A DNA stretch of 53,626 nt from Girardia tigrina (Eukaryota): contig MQRK01185036.1 of assembly GCA_001938485.1 (NCBI GenBank), forward strand, positions 8,984 through 62,609. The letters are read 5' to 3'. The notes under the pieces are model-generated. The model was not told the origin of the DNA. It did no database searches and was given only the letters and a program-made list of their open reading frames with translations. Below are positions 26,869 to 38,935 of the stretch, piece after piece. The position numbers and the translations under genes were made by a program. The first letter of the stretch is position 1, and the number at the start of each line of letters is the position of its first letter.

Positions 26869-29216
26869 CTAATTAATAATCAATTCACCTGTATATAAAT
26901 ACAAAAATGATGATTATGTAATCGATTGCATGAAATCATGCTAATCAAAAATTCTCAATAAGCTGTTTGAGACTGCCGATTGAACATTGATTTTAGAGCA
27001 ACGTGACCTAATTAACAATGCTTCACACGACACTCTCTCCCAATAACTGTCAAAATGCTCACACAGAATTTTGAAATTATCAAAATTAACATCACATTTA
27101 CATTTTTTTCTATGTCCTGCAATATTACTCTTACTCTCTTTTCGACCATGTTCTTGAATTCGTCTACAGAGATGACGGGCAGTCTCTCCAATGTATGTGG
27201 CATCGCACCCATTACATTTATATTCATAAACAATATCAGAACAAAGTGTCAAAGGTGTAATCGATTTATTTCTGAATATATTTTGAATTTTATGAGATCG
27301 TGATATAATTCTTAAATTTAATTCATTGTTAGTTGCTTTTAACAATGCATTTTTAAAGTTTTTAAATCCTTCAGAATAAGGTACAATTAAACAATATTTA
27401 GGCATATTATTAATATCTAATGATCCTTCGATTTCTTTCTTAGATCCATCAGGAGAAGCCAAACTCTGATTTTTCGATAAATCTTTCAAAAGTATTTTAT
27501 CTACTGTTTCCTTTAATAATTTGTCTAGAAAAGATTTAGAATAACCATTCTGATTTAACAACGACCTTTCTACAGATTTAACAAAAGTGGAAGACAACGA
27601 CCAGGAGCGATAAATTAAACCTTTAATCATGTTTCTTTTATACTTAAGTTCACAAAAACTATCTGGTGAAGTATATAAACCTGTATCAGTTTGCTTCCTA
27701 TAAATTCCAGTCTTGTAACTATGATATTTTCTTTCAACCAAAAGATCCAGAAAAGGTGACTCCATTCTTTTCATTTTTAACTGTAAAAGTAACGTTTGAA
27801 TGTAACGAATTCATGAAATTCAAAAATGGAAGTACATCAGCCTGATTTTTAAAAACTAGAAATATATCATCAACGTATCGTTTATATACTAAAGGTTGAT
27901 TTCCATCAAACAGTTTAATTTTATTTTCAATCTTTGAAAGAAAAACAGAAGCTAACGTTGGTGCTAACGGTGAACCCATAGCAATCCCATCAGCTTGCTT
28001 ATACCACTCATTATTAAAAAGAAAATGAACATTTGATGTTGCAAAGCTCAATAACTCTCGAAACCCAACCTCGTCGATAATATGATGTTCTGAATTATTA
28101 TTTTTCCATAGATCACAACACAAATTCAAAGTTTCAATCAAAGGAACATTTGTAAATAAACTAGAGATGTCAAAAGAAACCATAAATTCACCTTCATTCT
28201 GTACTTTATAAGTAGAAATGAAATCAACAAATTCAAAACTCTCAAGACACAAAAATTTCAGATGATAATAGAATGTTACTTTTACAGTTGAAAATGAAAA
28301 GAATGGAGTCTTACCTTTTCTGGATCTTTTGGTTGAAAGAAAATCTCTTAGTTACGAGACTGGAATTTATAGAAAGCAAACTGATACAGGTTTATATACT
28401 TCACCAGATAGTTTTTGTGAACTTAAGTATAAAAGAAACATGATTAAAGGTTTAATTTATCGCTCCTGGTCGTTTTCTTCCACTTTTGTTAAATCTGTAG
28501 AAAGTGTTAATACACTAAGTTCGCTGTTAAATCAGAATGGTTATTCTAAATCTTTTCTAGAAAAATTAATAAAGGAAACAGTAGATAAAAATATTTTTGA
28601 AAGATTTTTCGAAAAATCAGAGTTTGGTTTCTTCTGATGGATCTAAGAAAGAAATCGAAGGATCATTAGATATGAATATGCCTAAATATTGTTTAATTGT
28701 ACCTTATTCTGAAGGATTTAAAAACTTTAAAAATGCATTGTTAAAAGCAACTAACAATGAATTAAATTTAAAAATTGTATCACGATCTCATAAAATTCAA
28801 AATATGTTCAATAATAAATCTATTACACCTTTAACACTTTGTTCTGATATTGATTATGAATATAAATGTAATGGGTGTGATGCCACATACATTGGAGAGA
28901 CTGCCCGTCATCTCTGTAAACGAATTCAAGAACATGGTCGAAAAGAGAGTAAGAGTAATATTGCAGGACATAGGAACAAATGTAAATGTGATGTTAATTT
29001 TGATAATTTCAAAATTCTGTGTAAGCATTTTGACAGTTATTTGGTGAGAGTGTCGTGTGAAGCATTGCTAATTAGGTCACGTTACCCTAAAATCAATGTT
29101 CAATCGACAGTCTCAACCAGCTTATTGAGAATTTTTGATTAGCATGATTTCATGCAATCGATTACATAATCATTATTTTTGCATTTTTATACAGGCAAAT
29201 TAAATTATCACTCATT

Positions 29217-29255
29217 GACCCGAAGATGACGGTAGATCCGTCGAAATATATTGTC
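29217..29255 (+). ncRNA. Minimal hammerhead motif (U4>C)
   Basis: GAC-CCGAAGA-T-GACGG tagat CCGTC-GAAA-TATA-TT-GTC. Confidence 0.72.
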
Positions 29256-29497
29256 TTGAAATATATTTTTAAATGGATGAATTTGGTTATTAATATGAAA
29301 AATTCTTTCAAAAATACAAAAGTTTGCAATTCAGTTTGTCACCAAGGAAGAAGTTGTTATCAATATGATTAAAAATTGACATCTGGAGTCTATTTTGCAT
29401 AATAAATCGATATTTTTTCATATTAAATACATAATGTTTCATTTTAAATTGAGAAATTTTCATTTTAAAATAATATCACACCAAAAACATTTTTGGT

Positions 29498-29860
29498 GTA
29501 CAAGCTTTTATAATTTGTCAGATGTTTGCGGTTCTGTGTCTATTTCACCCACTTCCCACATTTTTTTGACTGAATTATCAAAGCCTACTAGGCGAAAACC
29601 CGCTTTCAATTTGCATTTAGATGTAGCAAATTTCAAAGCCTACTACTGAGGAAAACATGAGAACGACACTTTAATTACTTTTTGCGGCTAAACTAAAGGC
29701 GGTAGATGAGCAGTGACAGTGAAAAAGTGTATTGTCACCTAGAATACATCAGTCCTGAAAGTTTCATGTCGCTAGGTGAACGGGAAGTGGGTGAATTTTC
29801 GATCGCAAGATTTGATGCATCCAGACATACAAACAAATGAAACGTAATAAAAACTTGTAA
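29498..29860. mobile_element. Small non-autonomous element (possibly Helentron/DINE-like)
   Basis: Terminal IR TACAAGCTTTTAT / ATAAAAACTTGTA and inner IR TTCACCCACTTCCC / GGGAAGTGGGTGAA. Confidence 0.5.
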
Positions 29861-30322
29861 TAAAAATTTTTCATATAAATATTGAAATCGGTAAAAATTG
29901 ACTAGTTCGTGAATTCTGCAACAGTTTGCTGAAATATTGTAATTGCCTAATTCATGAACTAGTCAATTTTCGCCAAATTCACCAACGATATGAAAAATTT
30001 TCATTTTAAAATGTAATAATTATGTATTTAATATAAAAAAATATCAATTTAATATGTAAAAAATCTCAATTTAATATGCAAAATAGACTCCAAAAATAAA
30101 TTTTTATTCATAGTTATTTAAACTTCTTCCTTGGAGGCAAGCTGAATTGCAAACGTTTGTATTTTAAATGCATTTTTTCATACTAAATCGATATTTTTTC
30201 ATATTAAATTGATATTTTTTCATGTTAAATACATAATTGAATTAAAATTTTGTTAAAAAAATTGCCGAGTTCGTGAATTCGGCAATTTCACAAATTCAGA
30301 ATAATATATATATATATATATA

Positions 30323-31542
30323 TTAGGTTGGTCGAAAAATATTGGCGGTTTTGGGACACAAACTTCAAAGACGTGCAAATTCACAGAAACAATCGTTTAT
30401 TAATCAAAATATGAACCGTTGGCATCAATACATTTTTGCCAATGAGAAACAAGTTGTTTTATTCCATCAGCATAAAATGCATCGATTCTCGAAGCGACGA
30501 ATTCTTGGAAGGCATTTTGAGCATCATTTTGGTTTTTGAAAATTTTTTCACGTAGGAAGTTGTACAAATGCCTGAAAAAGTAGAAGTTCGTTGGCGAGAG
30601 GTCTGGTGAATATGGTGGATGAAGCAGGGTTTCATAGCCAAACTCATTAAACTTTTGAAGAGTCACTTTTGAAATATGAGGTCTAGCGTTATCATGAAGA
30701 AGGATGGGACTTTCTCGATTGACCAATCCCGGACAAAGGGTTTTCAATTTTTTATGCATTTCATCAATTTCATGACAGTACCCCTCCACTGTGATTTTTT
30801 CACCTGGATTGAAGAAACTATAGTGGATGATTCCAGCATCACACCACCAAACTGTCACCATAACCTTACGGGGTGTTAGTTTCGGTTTTGGAAAGTGTTT
30901 CGGTACTTCATCTTTGTCCTACCACTGTGCAGATCGACGTCGGTTATCATACAGGATCCATTTCTCATCACAGGTAACAATACGATCAAGAGATGGATCG
31001 TTTTTATTGCGAAGATGATTAGTAGAACAAATTTCATAGCGTAGGTTCTTTTGATATTCATTCAAATCATGTGGAACCCATTTATCAAGTTTCTTGATTT
31101 TTCCAAGTTGTTTTAAATGATCCACGACTGTTGAATGACTAATGCCCAACCCATCTGCAAGTTCTCTGATTGTTGNNNNNNNNNNNNNNNNNNNNNNNNN
31201 NNNNNNNNNNNNNNNNNNNNNNNNNNNNNNNNNNNNNNNNNNNNNNNNNNNNNNNNNNNNNNNNNNNNNNNNNNNNNNNNNNNNNNNNNNNNNNNNNNNN
31301 NNNNNNNNNNNNNNNNNNNNNNNNNNNNNNNNNNNNNNNNNNNNNNNNNNNNNNNNNNNNNNNNNNNNNNNNNNNNNNNNNNNNNNNNNNNNNNNNNNNN
31401 NNNNNNNNNNNNNNNNNNNNNNNNNNNNGGCATAAGATTTCAAATAATATCTAACACTAATGCATTTAAACTTATATACATATCAAAGTAGATAAACAAA
31501 TTATAAAGCTCAAAAACCGCCATTATTTTTCGACCAACTTAA
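30323..31542 (-). mobile_element. Mariner element (Hsmar1/cecropia-like), disrupted transposase
   Basis: TIRs TTAGGTTGGTCGAAAAATATTGGCGG; TA TSD; WVPHDL, TCDEKW, HDNARPH and YSPDLSPTN motifs. Confidence 0.95.
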
Positions 31543-32571
31543 TATATTATATTATATTTTGGCTCTGATTTTTTTAAAATAAAAAATATAATATTAAAAT
31601 GTCAAAGAAAAGAATGTAAACAATAGAAAAATTTATTAACTTTTAATGCATTTCATAATTGTGTGCTGAACCGCGTAACCAATTCAATGGTTCTGTTTGA
31701 GCAAATCGTTTAAAATTCTTTAAATTTCTTTCATTTAAAATTCTTTTTATATATTTAAGACTGTGAGGAATATTTTGAATGTTTGATGTTTTGTGTTTGA
31801 ATGTGTATGTTGATTTTGGATTGTGTCTCTCCTACCCAGATGGATGATTAATATTTTAATTCTTATTATCCAAAATATGGTATGTTTAAATTTATTTTTA
31901 AATTCAAATAATTTTACAATTTTAAATTAATTTTTACAATTTTTAATAATAAATCAAATTAATATTTTTAAAATAATTAATAATCATTTAAATTTCTATG
32001 CAATAAATTTTGAGTAAATATTTTAATAAAATATTTATTTCTCCATTTGCTAAAACAATAATAAGAATTACTTCATTAATCAATTTAGTTTAGAATACAC
32101 TCGTACGAAAGCTTTGACAAAGATTGTCTTAAGGACAATCAAAGTTGTTGTTTAAATAAAAATAACATCCAAGGAGACAAAAGCGGATAATTTCTGCCAT
32201 TTCCTCTTCTTATTGACCACCCAACATAATTATCTTCAAACCAATACAGCAAGGAACTTAGTTCTTGTCGTAAATCTTCAGACAGAGCACTGATGTAGTT
32301 TTCTAAATGATCAATAGGTACAAAACATAAGGTAAAAAATCATTTTAACATTCAAAGCAAATTCAGGGTTTAAATTATATACACTCTGTAATCCAATCCG
32401 TTTTACTTGTTTCTGCACATTATGAGCTAAATGAAAAAAGCATCCCTGAATTATAACACCTGGAAAACATTCTTACATTGCAAAATTAGCCCCCGATTCA
32501 AATTCACAAGAAAATGCTGTGGGATTCAAGCCAGGAACTGCATCGCAAATCATATGAAACAAACGTACATA

Positions 32572-33179
32572 CAGGTCAGTCCAGAAAGTTTTGACCGATG
32601 GTTTTCTATAAGTATCAAGTGAACGCATTGAGAAACGTCTATGATTTTTACAGTATAGATAACATATACATATGTGAATGATTTTGTAAAATATAATTCA
32701 AAAATAATCAATTTTTTCTATTGTAGGAAAACTAATTTCAAAATATCAGTTGATGAATTGTTTTGAAAATAAATATTATTTTGCAATATTGTTTGACAGT
32801 TGTATTTTTATTGCGTTAAAATGAATTTGAGTCAAAGTGATATTCGAATGATGATATATTACTGCTGGAAACGTAATTTGGATCCCCCGCTACATGTAAA
32901 GAGATGAATGCAGCACCCAGAAGTGGTGCTGTTAATGAGTGCACTTGCCGTCGATAAGTAACACAGCGGAAGACGTTCATGTGGTGTTAGAGCGTTGGAT
33001 TGAAGAGAAACCTCGCAGTTTCTTCACCAAAGGAATTAGAAAACTCCCAGAACGGCGAGAGAAGTACGTGGCTCACAATGGGCAATACTTTGAACACATT
33101 AGAGATGATGATGAAAATAACGATAAATGCTGATCTTTCACTTGTCTATAAATTGGTCAAGACTTTCTGGACAGACATA
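32572..33179 (+). mobile_element. Internally deleted mariner inserted in the MULE transposase
   Basis: TIRs CAGGTCAGTCCAGAAAGTTTTGACC / GGTCAAGACTTTCTGGACAGAC; C-terminus FFTKGIRKLPER...NGQYFE. Confidence 0.85.
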
Positions 33180-34301
33180 TATGTTCTTTTATTAGGAAGC
33201 AATGCATATCTAAAATGATGGACTCCTCCATGTTTTCGTGCAAGAGTGACATAAACCTGCTCAAATAATGGAGATGCCAATTACAAATTTGGTGACTGTA
33301 AAACTAACATAAAGCTCAATTATGTGAACCTGAAGTTACCTTTACGTTAAATGTAAAAAGTGGATAAAAAATAAACTGAATAAATATAACGATAAAATCA
33401 GATTTAACTAATATTTAATTGTAGAATTCTAACGTATTAACACAGTTATGAAATGAATAGTAACCGTCCGTGAATAGTTTCTTCTTGTCAGGCAAAACGC
33501 GACGAAATTATTAAATCAGTTACAGTTGACTATACGTTTGAATCATAAATTTGGGTTGGATTATTGATAAAACAGACTAGATATTGATTGCTTGTAGTAA
33601 CCTTCAGTTAATTTGTCACTGGTCATAGTAAAAATAAAAATGAGATAACCGTCAAAGAATAAAATGCCAAAGCTAATGTCAAAAAAAAACAAATCATACG
33701 GCTAATTTCTAACATTTGAAATTTTTAATTTTTAAATTGATTTTTTGTTATTTAAATATTCAATATTGCTATGGAATATTTGAATTGTAAATTAGCAATT
33801 CTATTAGATAAAAAATAATAAAATAAATATAAAAATAATCACAGATTAAGCAAAAATAAATAAAAATAATTAAATTACTAAATTAATCACGTCATAAAGT
33901 TAAAAATTAAACAACTTATTCGACACTAAAAATAACATATACCCACTCACACACAAAAGAAAACATAAATAAATGACAGTCGCAACACAAACGCAATCAA
34001 CAAAGAGTGTACAAAAATGGAAAAAGGCATTAAAATACAACAAACATGTTGTCGTCAGTAGACAATTGCAGCTACAATAAACTTAAATATATTTCAAATT
34101 ATTTATTATTAGTCTAAACTTTTTTTAAAATAAAATATAAAAAAAGTCAAAACATCCTAAGTTACATGACAAAAATTATCAGCTAAAAAATACGTCACCA
34201 AGTATGGAGCCACAAAAAACGGCGCCAAAACGATCTGTACCCATTTTATGATACTTAAATTCTCTGCATCCGAATATTAATTTTACAACAAAAACAGAGA
34301 A

Positions 34302-35192
34302 TATTAATTTATTATTTCGATTACGAGCCAGGGAGAGGACGTAAAACTGAGCTGGACATTGACGCATTGCAAGCACTGGTAGAGTTGGACCCGAAAAATG
34401 GCAGAGACATTAGCGACATCTCATACGAAAATCCGAACCCATTTGGAACGACTCGGAAAAGTGCATAAGTTTGCTGTTTGGGTTCCGCACCAACTTTCGG
34501 AACAAAATATGGCTCAAAGGGTGACCATCGCTTCATCTTTACTCTCTCGAAACACTCGTGAGTCGTTTCTGAACCAAATAGTGACCGGGGACGTAACATA
34601 GGTTTTATACTTAAATGTCAAACTCTGCAAACAATGGCTTAGTAGTGACCAGACACCGCTCCCGACGGCTAAACCTGGTCTCCAACCACAAAAGATAAAG
34701 CTCTGTATCTGGTAGGACGTGAAAGGAGAAGTGTACTGGGAACTCTTTGACACTAACCAAACCGTCACTGCTAAAGTCTATAGTGTCCAATTGGATCGGC
34801 TGAATAAAAATCTGAACAGGAATAGGCCATCCCTTATCAATAGAAAAGTTGTCATTCTTCATCACGATAACGTTCGGTCACATGTTGCAAGAATGACAAC
34901 AAAAGATCAAAAAGTTGCGGTGGGAGGTCTTGTTTCACGCAAAATATAGTTCAGACACGGCCCCATCGGATTACCAACTGTTTTGATCCCTGTAAAATTT
35001 CTTAGTGGGAAAAGAGTTCGCAGATGAAGAGGATGTCAAACGGGCTATCACTTCATTATTGCCTCAAAGCACCCGAAGTTCTGTAATTGATAATGAGGGT
35101 CAATACATAATTGATTAAATAATTGTATTCATTAAAATATTATTGTATTAAAAACTTTACTAATAGCGGACATTAATTTCTTTCCACTCTAA
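34302..35192 (+). mobile_element. 5'-truncated decayed mariner
   Basis: WVPHQL, IVTGD, HHDNVRSH and SDTAPSDY motifs; right TIR ...TTTCTTTCCACTCTAA-TA. Confidence 0.9.
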
Positions 35193-35197
35193 TATTA

Positions 35198-36987
35198 TTA
35201 AGTGTATAACTTAGTTTTTTGGATTTTTTTGCAGAACAGACAAGTTTATTTATATGACATAATAAGTTTTATTCTAATCAAAATATTTTCCATCGTTAAT
35301 TATGACTTTCGACCATCTTTCAGGCAAATTATGAATTCCATCGAAAAAAAGTTTTGGTCTTTTGATGAGATCCATTGTTCCAGCCATTTTTTATATGTTC
35401 CTGGTTTCTGAAGTGCTGGTCCCGAAGAGCGCTTTGCATTGATCAGAACAGATGATAATCTGATGGGGCACAATCTGTTGAATAGGCAGCATGCGGTAGA
35501 ATTTCTGATTTAAGTGCTTCCAACGTGTTTTTTACTTGTTTTGCGTCATGTGGCCGAGAATTGTCATGGAGCAAAATCACTGTGCGCTGTTTATTGGCTG
35601 GAATAGGACGTTTTTCCTTCAATGCATCGTTCAATTTCATTAACTGTTGTTGGTAACGTTCTGCATTAACAGTTTCATTCGAATTCAGCAGCTCATAGTA
35701 CAGTACACCTTTCTGATCCCACCAAATGCACAACATAACCTTGCTTCCATGAATGTTTCTTTTTGCTGTTGACGTGGACGGCTCGCCGGGATGAACCCAC
35801 GATTTCTTGCGTTTAGAGTTAACATAATAAATCCAATTTTCATTTCCAGTCACAATATTATGCAAAAACGACCATCTTCGTTGTCTTGTAAGCAATGAAT
35901 TGAATATCAGTAATCGACTTGATTCAATTCATGTGGTATCCATTTTCCTTCTTTTTGAATCACTTTCATAGCATGTAGACGTTTACTTATGGCTGCTTGG
36001 GTAACATTTAACTGTTTTGCAAGCTCTTTCTCTGTTTGAGTAGAATCTTCCTTCAGTAATGATTCCAAATCTTCATCTTCGAATCTTTTTGGTTGACAGG
36101 ACCGCTCTTTGTCACTTACGTCGAAATCTCCACTTTTGAAACGTTTATACCAGTTCTCGCAAGTCTGTTGAGTTGGTGCATGTTGACCATAAGTTTCTTC
36201 AAGAAGCCGAAAACTGTCTGCAGCTTTTTTCTTTTGATTAAAGCAAAACAGTAGTGCTTCCCGCAAATGCTGTTTGTTGGTATGAAAGTTGTCATGCTAA
36301 AACGTGATTAAAAATATGTTTATGACGCATTTGAGGTCAATGACCTACTTAATTTTAATGCGTCGATTTCAGCACTTTAAAAATCTGTACGTACGACTGT
36401 AAAATAATGCTTATTACAAACTAGTAAATAACCCGTCATGTATGACGGATATAATTATATAGAGTTAAAATTTCAAATAAATTTTCAAGACATTTTTTTT
36501 TAAATTCATTTGTTTTCCACATTTAATCATTAGAAATAAGTGTCTTCACAAAATTTCTTTATAAACTATATTTTTGGTAAATACTCGTTCATTATTCAGT
36601 AAATTACCCTTTTGAGAAGTTGCCATTGTTGAAAATCCTACCGAAAAATATAATGAATGAAAAATGTTGCATTCCAAAAGGCCAACCCAAAATTTGCTTA
36701 AAATGTCAAAATTAAGAATGTTCATATTATCTACTTACAATTGTAAGTAGATAATTATATTAATAATAATTCATATGGAAAATTATCATGAATAATTCTG
36801 CTAATAATAATTTTCCATATGAATTATTATTAATATAAATATCTACTTACAATTGTAAGTAGATAATATGAGCGTTCTTGACAGCGTTAGTGAGGCAGTG
36901 AGGCAGGCAGTGAGTGACTTGGGTTTTTATAAGATAAGATGTTACACCATCTCTTAGAAAATCCAAAAAACTAAGTTATACACCTAA
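35198..36987 (-). mobile_element. Mariner (Mos1/mauritiana-like) with a Helitron insertion in its 5' region
   Basis: TIRs TTAAGTGTATAACTTAGTTTTTTGGATTTT / AAAATCCAAAAAACTAAGTTATACACCTAA; ORFs 35907-36266 and 35443-35895 (WIPHEL, HDNSRPH, APSDYHLF). Confidence 0.95.
36421..36939 (-). mobile_element. Non-autonomous Helitron
   Basis: Minus strand begins A|TC (TCTTATCTTATAAAAA), has a subterminal hairpin CCGTCAT-AC-ATGACGG and ends CTAG|T; no TSD. Confidence 0.85.
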
Positions 36988-37103
36988 TATTAAAATATAT
37001 GAAAATGACATTCTTATTTTTATATTTCGAATAGATATTTGTCAAAGCACTTTAATTATATAGCATTTAATTATTATTAGAATATTTAATTATCGACTGA
37101 CAG

Positions 37104-37325
37104 GAGAAGGTTCACTGCATCACAGTGAGGGGAACATCATTTGAACCAGCGGAATCAACCGGAAACTCAGCGGAGGTAAAAACGATTGCTATCGGACCGG
37201 AGTTTCAGAATAATAAGAGTCGGTTTGTGAAGCAAGAGATGTCCAAGAGCGATCGACCGGAGCTCGCTAGTGCCAAAATTGTAATTTCCGGTGGTCGTGG
37301 GCTCAAGAGCGGAGATAATTTCAAG
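37104..37325 (+). CDS. ETFA: ETFA exon 3
   Basis: ctgacag acceptor; EKVHCITVRGTSF...SDRPELASAKIVISGGRGLKSGDNFK; GTACG donor. Confidence 0.97.
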
Positions 37326-37671
37326 GTACGATGAAATGATAATTACAATCGATTTTGATTTTAAATATTTTCATTATTATTATTAATTATTATTATTTAT
37401 TATTTATTATTATTGTAAGGAAGGATGTTATTATGAATTAATTGCTATTCAAATTTGTTATCATTCAAATGTGTAATAATTTATCGAATATTAATTAAAT
37501 ATTCTTTGAATAAATTCAATTTGTCTAATGGCACTTTTATTAATAAAAAACCATAAAGCCATTTTAATTTGAAATTTTTATTGGAAAACATGTTTCAGCC
37601 TGTAAAGAACGCAAATTAGATAATAAAATTTATTATATAAAATATCTTAATAATCAAATTCATCCATTAAA

Positions 37672-37709
37672 AAATATATTTCGACGGATCTACCGTCATC
37701 TTCCGGTCA
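37672..37709 (-). ncRNA. Degenerate hammerhead motif (U4>G, stem I 3' strand missing)
   Basis: Minus strand: TGAC-CGGAAGA-T-GACGG tagat CCGTC-GAAA-TATATT. Confidence 0.6.
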
Positions 37710-38894
37710 CTAATTAATAATCAATTCACCTGTATATAAATACAAAAAGGATGATTATGTAATCGATTGCATGAAATCATGCTAATCAAAAATTCTCAAT
37801 AAGTTGGTTGAGACTGCCGATTGAACATTGATTTTAGGGCAACGTGACCTAATTAGCAATGCTTCACACGACACTCTCTCCCAATAACTGCCAAATGCTT
37901 ACACAGAATTTTGAAATCATCAAAATTAACATCACATTTACATTTTTCCTATGTTCTGCAATATTACTCTTACTCTCTTTTCGACCATGTTCTTGAATTC
38001 GTTTACAGAGATGACGGGCAGTCTCTCCAATGTATGTNNNNNNNNNNNNNNNNNNNNNNNNNNNNNNNNNNNNNNNNNNNNNNNNNNNNNNNNNNNNNNN
38101 NNNNNNNNNNNNNNNNNNNNNNNNNNNNNNNNNNNNNNNNNNNNNNNNNNNNNNNNNNNNNNNNNNNNNNNNNNNNNNNNNNNNNNNNNNNNNNNNNNNN
38201 NNNNNNNNNNNNNNNNNNNNNNNNNNNNNNNNNNNNNNNNNNNNNNNNNNNNNNNNNNNNNNNNNNNNNNNNNNNNNNNNNNNNNNNNNNNNNNNNNNNN
38301 NNNNNNNNNNNNNNNNNNNNNNNNNNNNNNNNNNNNNNNNNNNNNNNNNNNNNNNNNNNNNNNNNNNNNNNNNNNNNNNNNNNNNNNNNNNNNNNNNNNN
38401 NNNNNNNNNNNNNNNNNNNNNNNNNNNNNNNNNNNNNNNNNNNNNNNNNNNNNNNNNNNNNNNNNNNNNNNNNNNNNNNNNNNNNNNNNNNNNNNNNNNN
38501 NNNNNNNNNNNNNNNNNNNNNNNNNNNNNNNNNNNNNNNNNNNNNNNNNNNNNNNNNNNNNNNNNNNNNNNNNNNNNNNNNNNNNNNNNNNNNNNNNNNN
38601 NNNNNNNNNNNNNNNNNNNNNNNNNNNNNNNNNNNNNNTATTGCAGGACATAGGAAAAAATGTAAATGTGATGTTAATTTTGATAATTTCAAAATTCTGT
38701 GTAAGCATTTTGACAGTTATTGGGAGAGAGTGTCGTGTGAAGCATTGTTAATTAGGTTACGTTGCTCTAAAATCAATGTTCAATCGGCAGTCTCAACCAG
38801 CTTATTGAGAATTTTTGATTAGCATGATTTCATGCAATCGATTACACAATCATCATTTTTGTATTTATATCCAGGTGAATTGATTATTAATTAG

Positions 38895-38935
38895 TGACCT
38901 GAAGATGACGGTAGATCCGTCTAAATATATTGTCG
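38895..38935 (+). ncRNA. Minimal hammerhead motif (G12>U)
   Basis: TGAC-CTGAAGA-T-GACGG tagat CCGTC-TAAA-TATA-TT-GTCG. Confidence 0.68.

Larger units (their letters stand above)
26781..29290. mobile_element. Inverted (5'-to-5' joined) Penelope-like dimer: RT plus GIY-YIG, 5'-truncated
   Basis: Left arm (-) ORFs 27734-28252 (SFDISSLFT, GIAMGSPLAP, RYVDD) and 26941-27774 (VYEYKC..C.ATYIGET). Right arm (+) about 28273-29290. 12-bp TSD TAATATGAAAAA. Confidence 0.95.
26700..30260. mobile_element. Long-TIR MITE interrupted by the PLE dimer and a smaller element
   Basis: 26730-26780 plus 29291-29480 is the reverse complement of about 29990-30225. Confidence 0.7.
26629..34242 (-). mobile_element. 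MULE/Mutator-like element carrying nested insertions
   Basis: TIRs GGGAACTGATCTTTTTGGCGCCGATTTTTTGTG / CACAAAAAACGGCGCCAAAACGATCTGTACCC. Minus-strand transposase remnant at about 32170-33300 (YALLPNK, SCEFE, GCFFHLAHNV, WFEDNYVG). Confidence 0.82.
25505..34301 (+). mobile_element. Old Penelope-like RT remnant in three pieces (25505-25665, 26516-26628, 34243-34301)
   Basis: Pieces read YRQTDGAAIGSPLAPRLASVFLSSIED / IEDKIDLYPGQKPLAFKRYVDDNFLIF / YLNSLHPNINFT, collinear with the PLE RT at 27734-28252. Confidence 0.85.
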
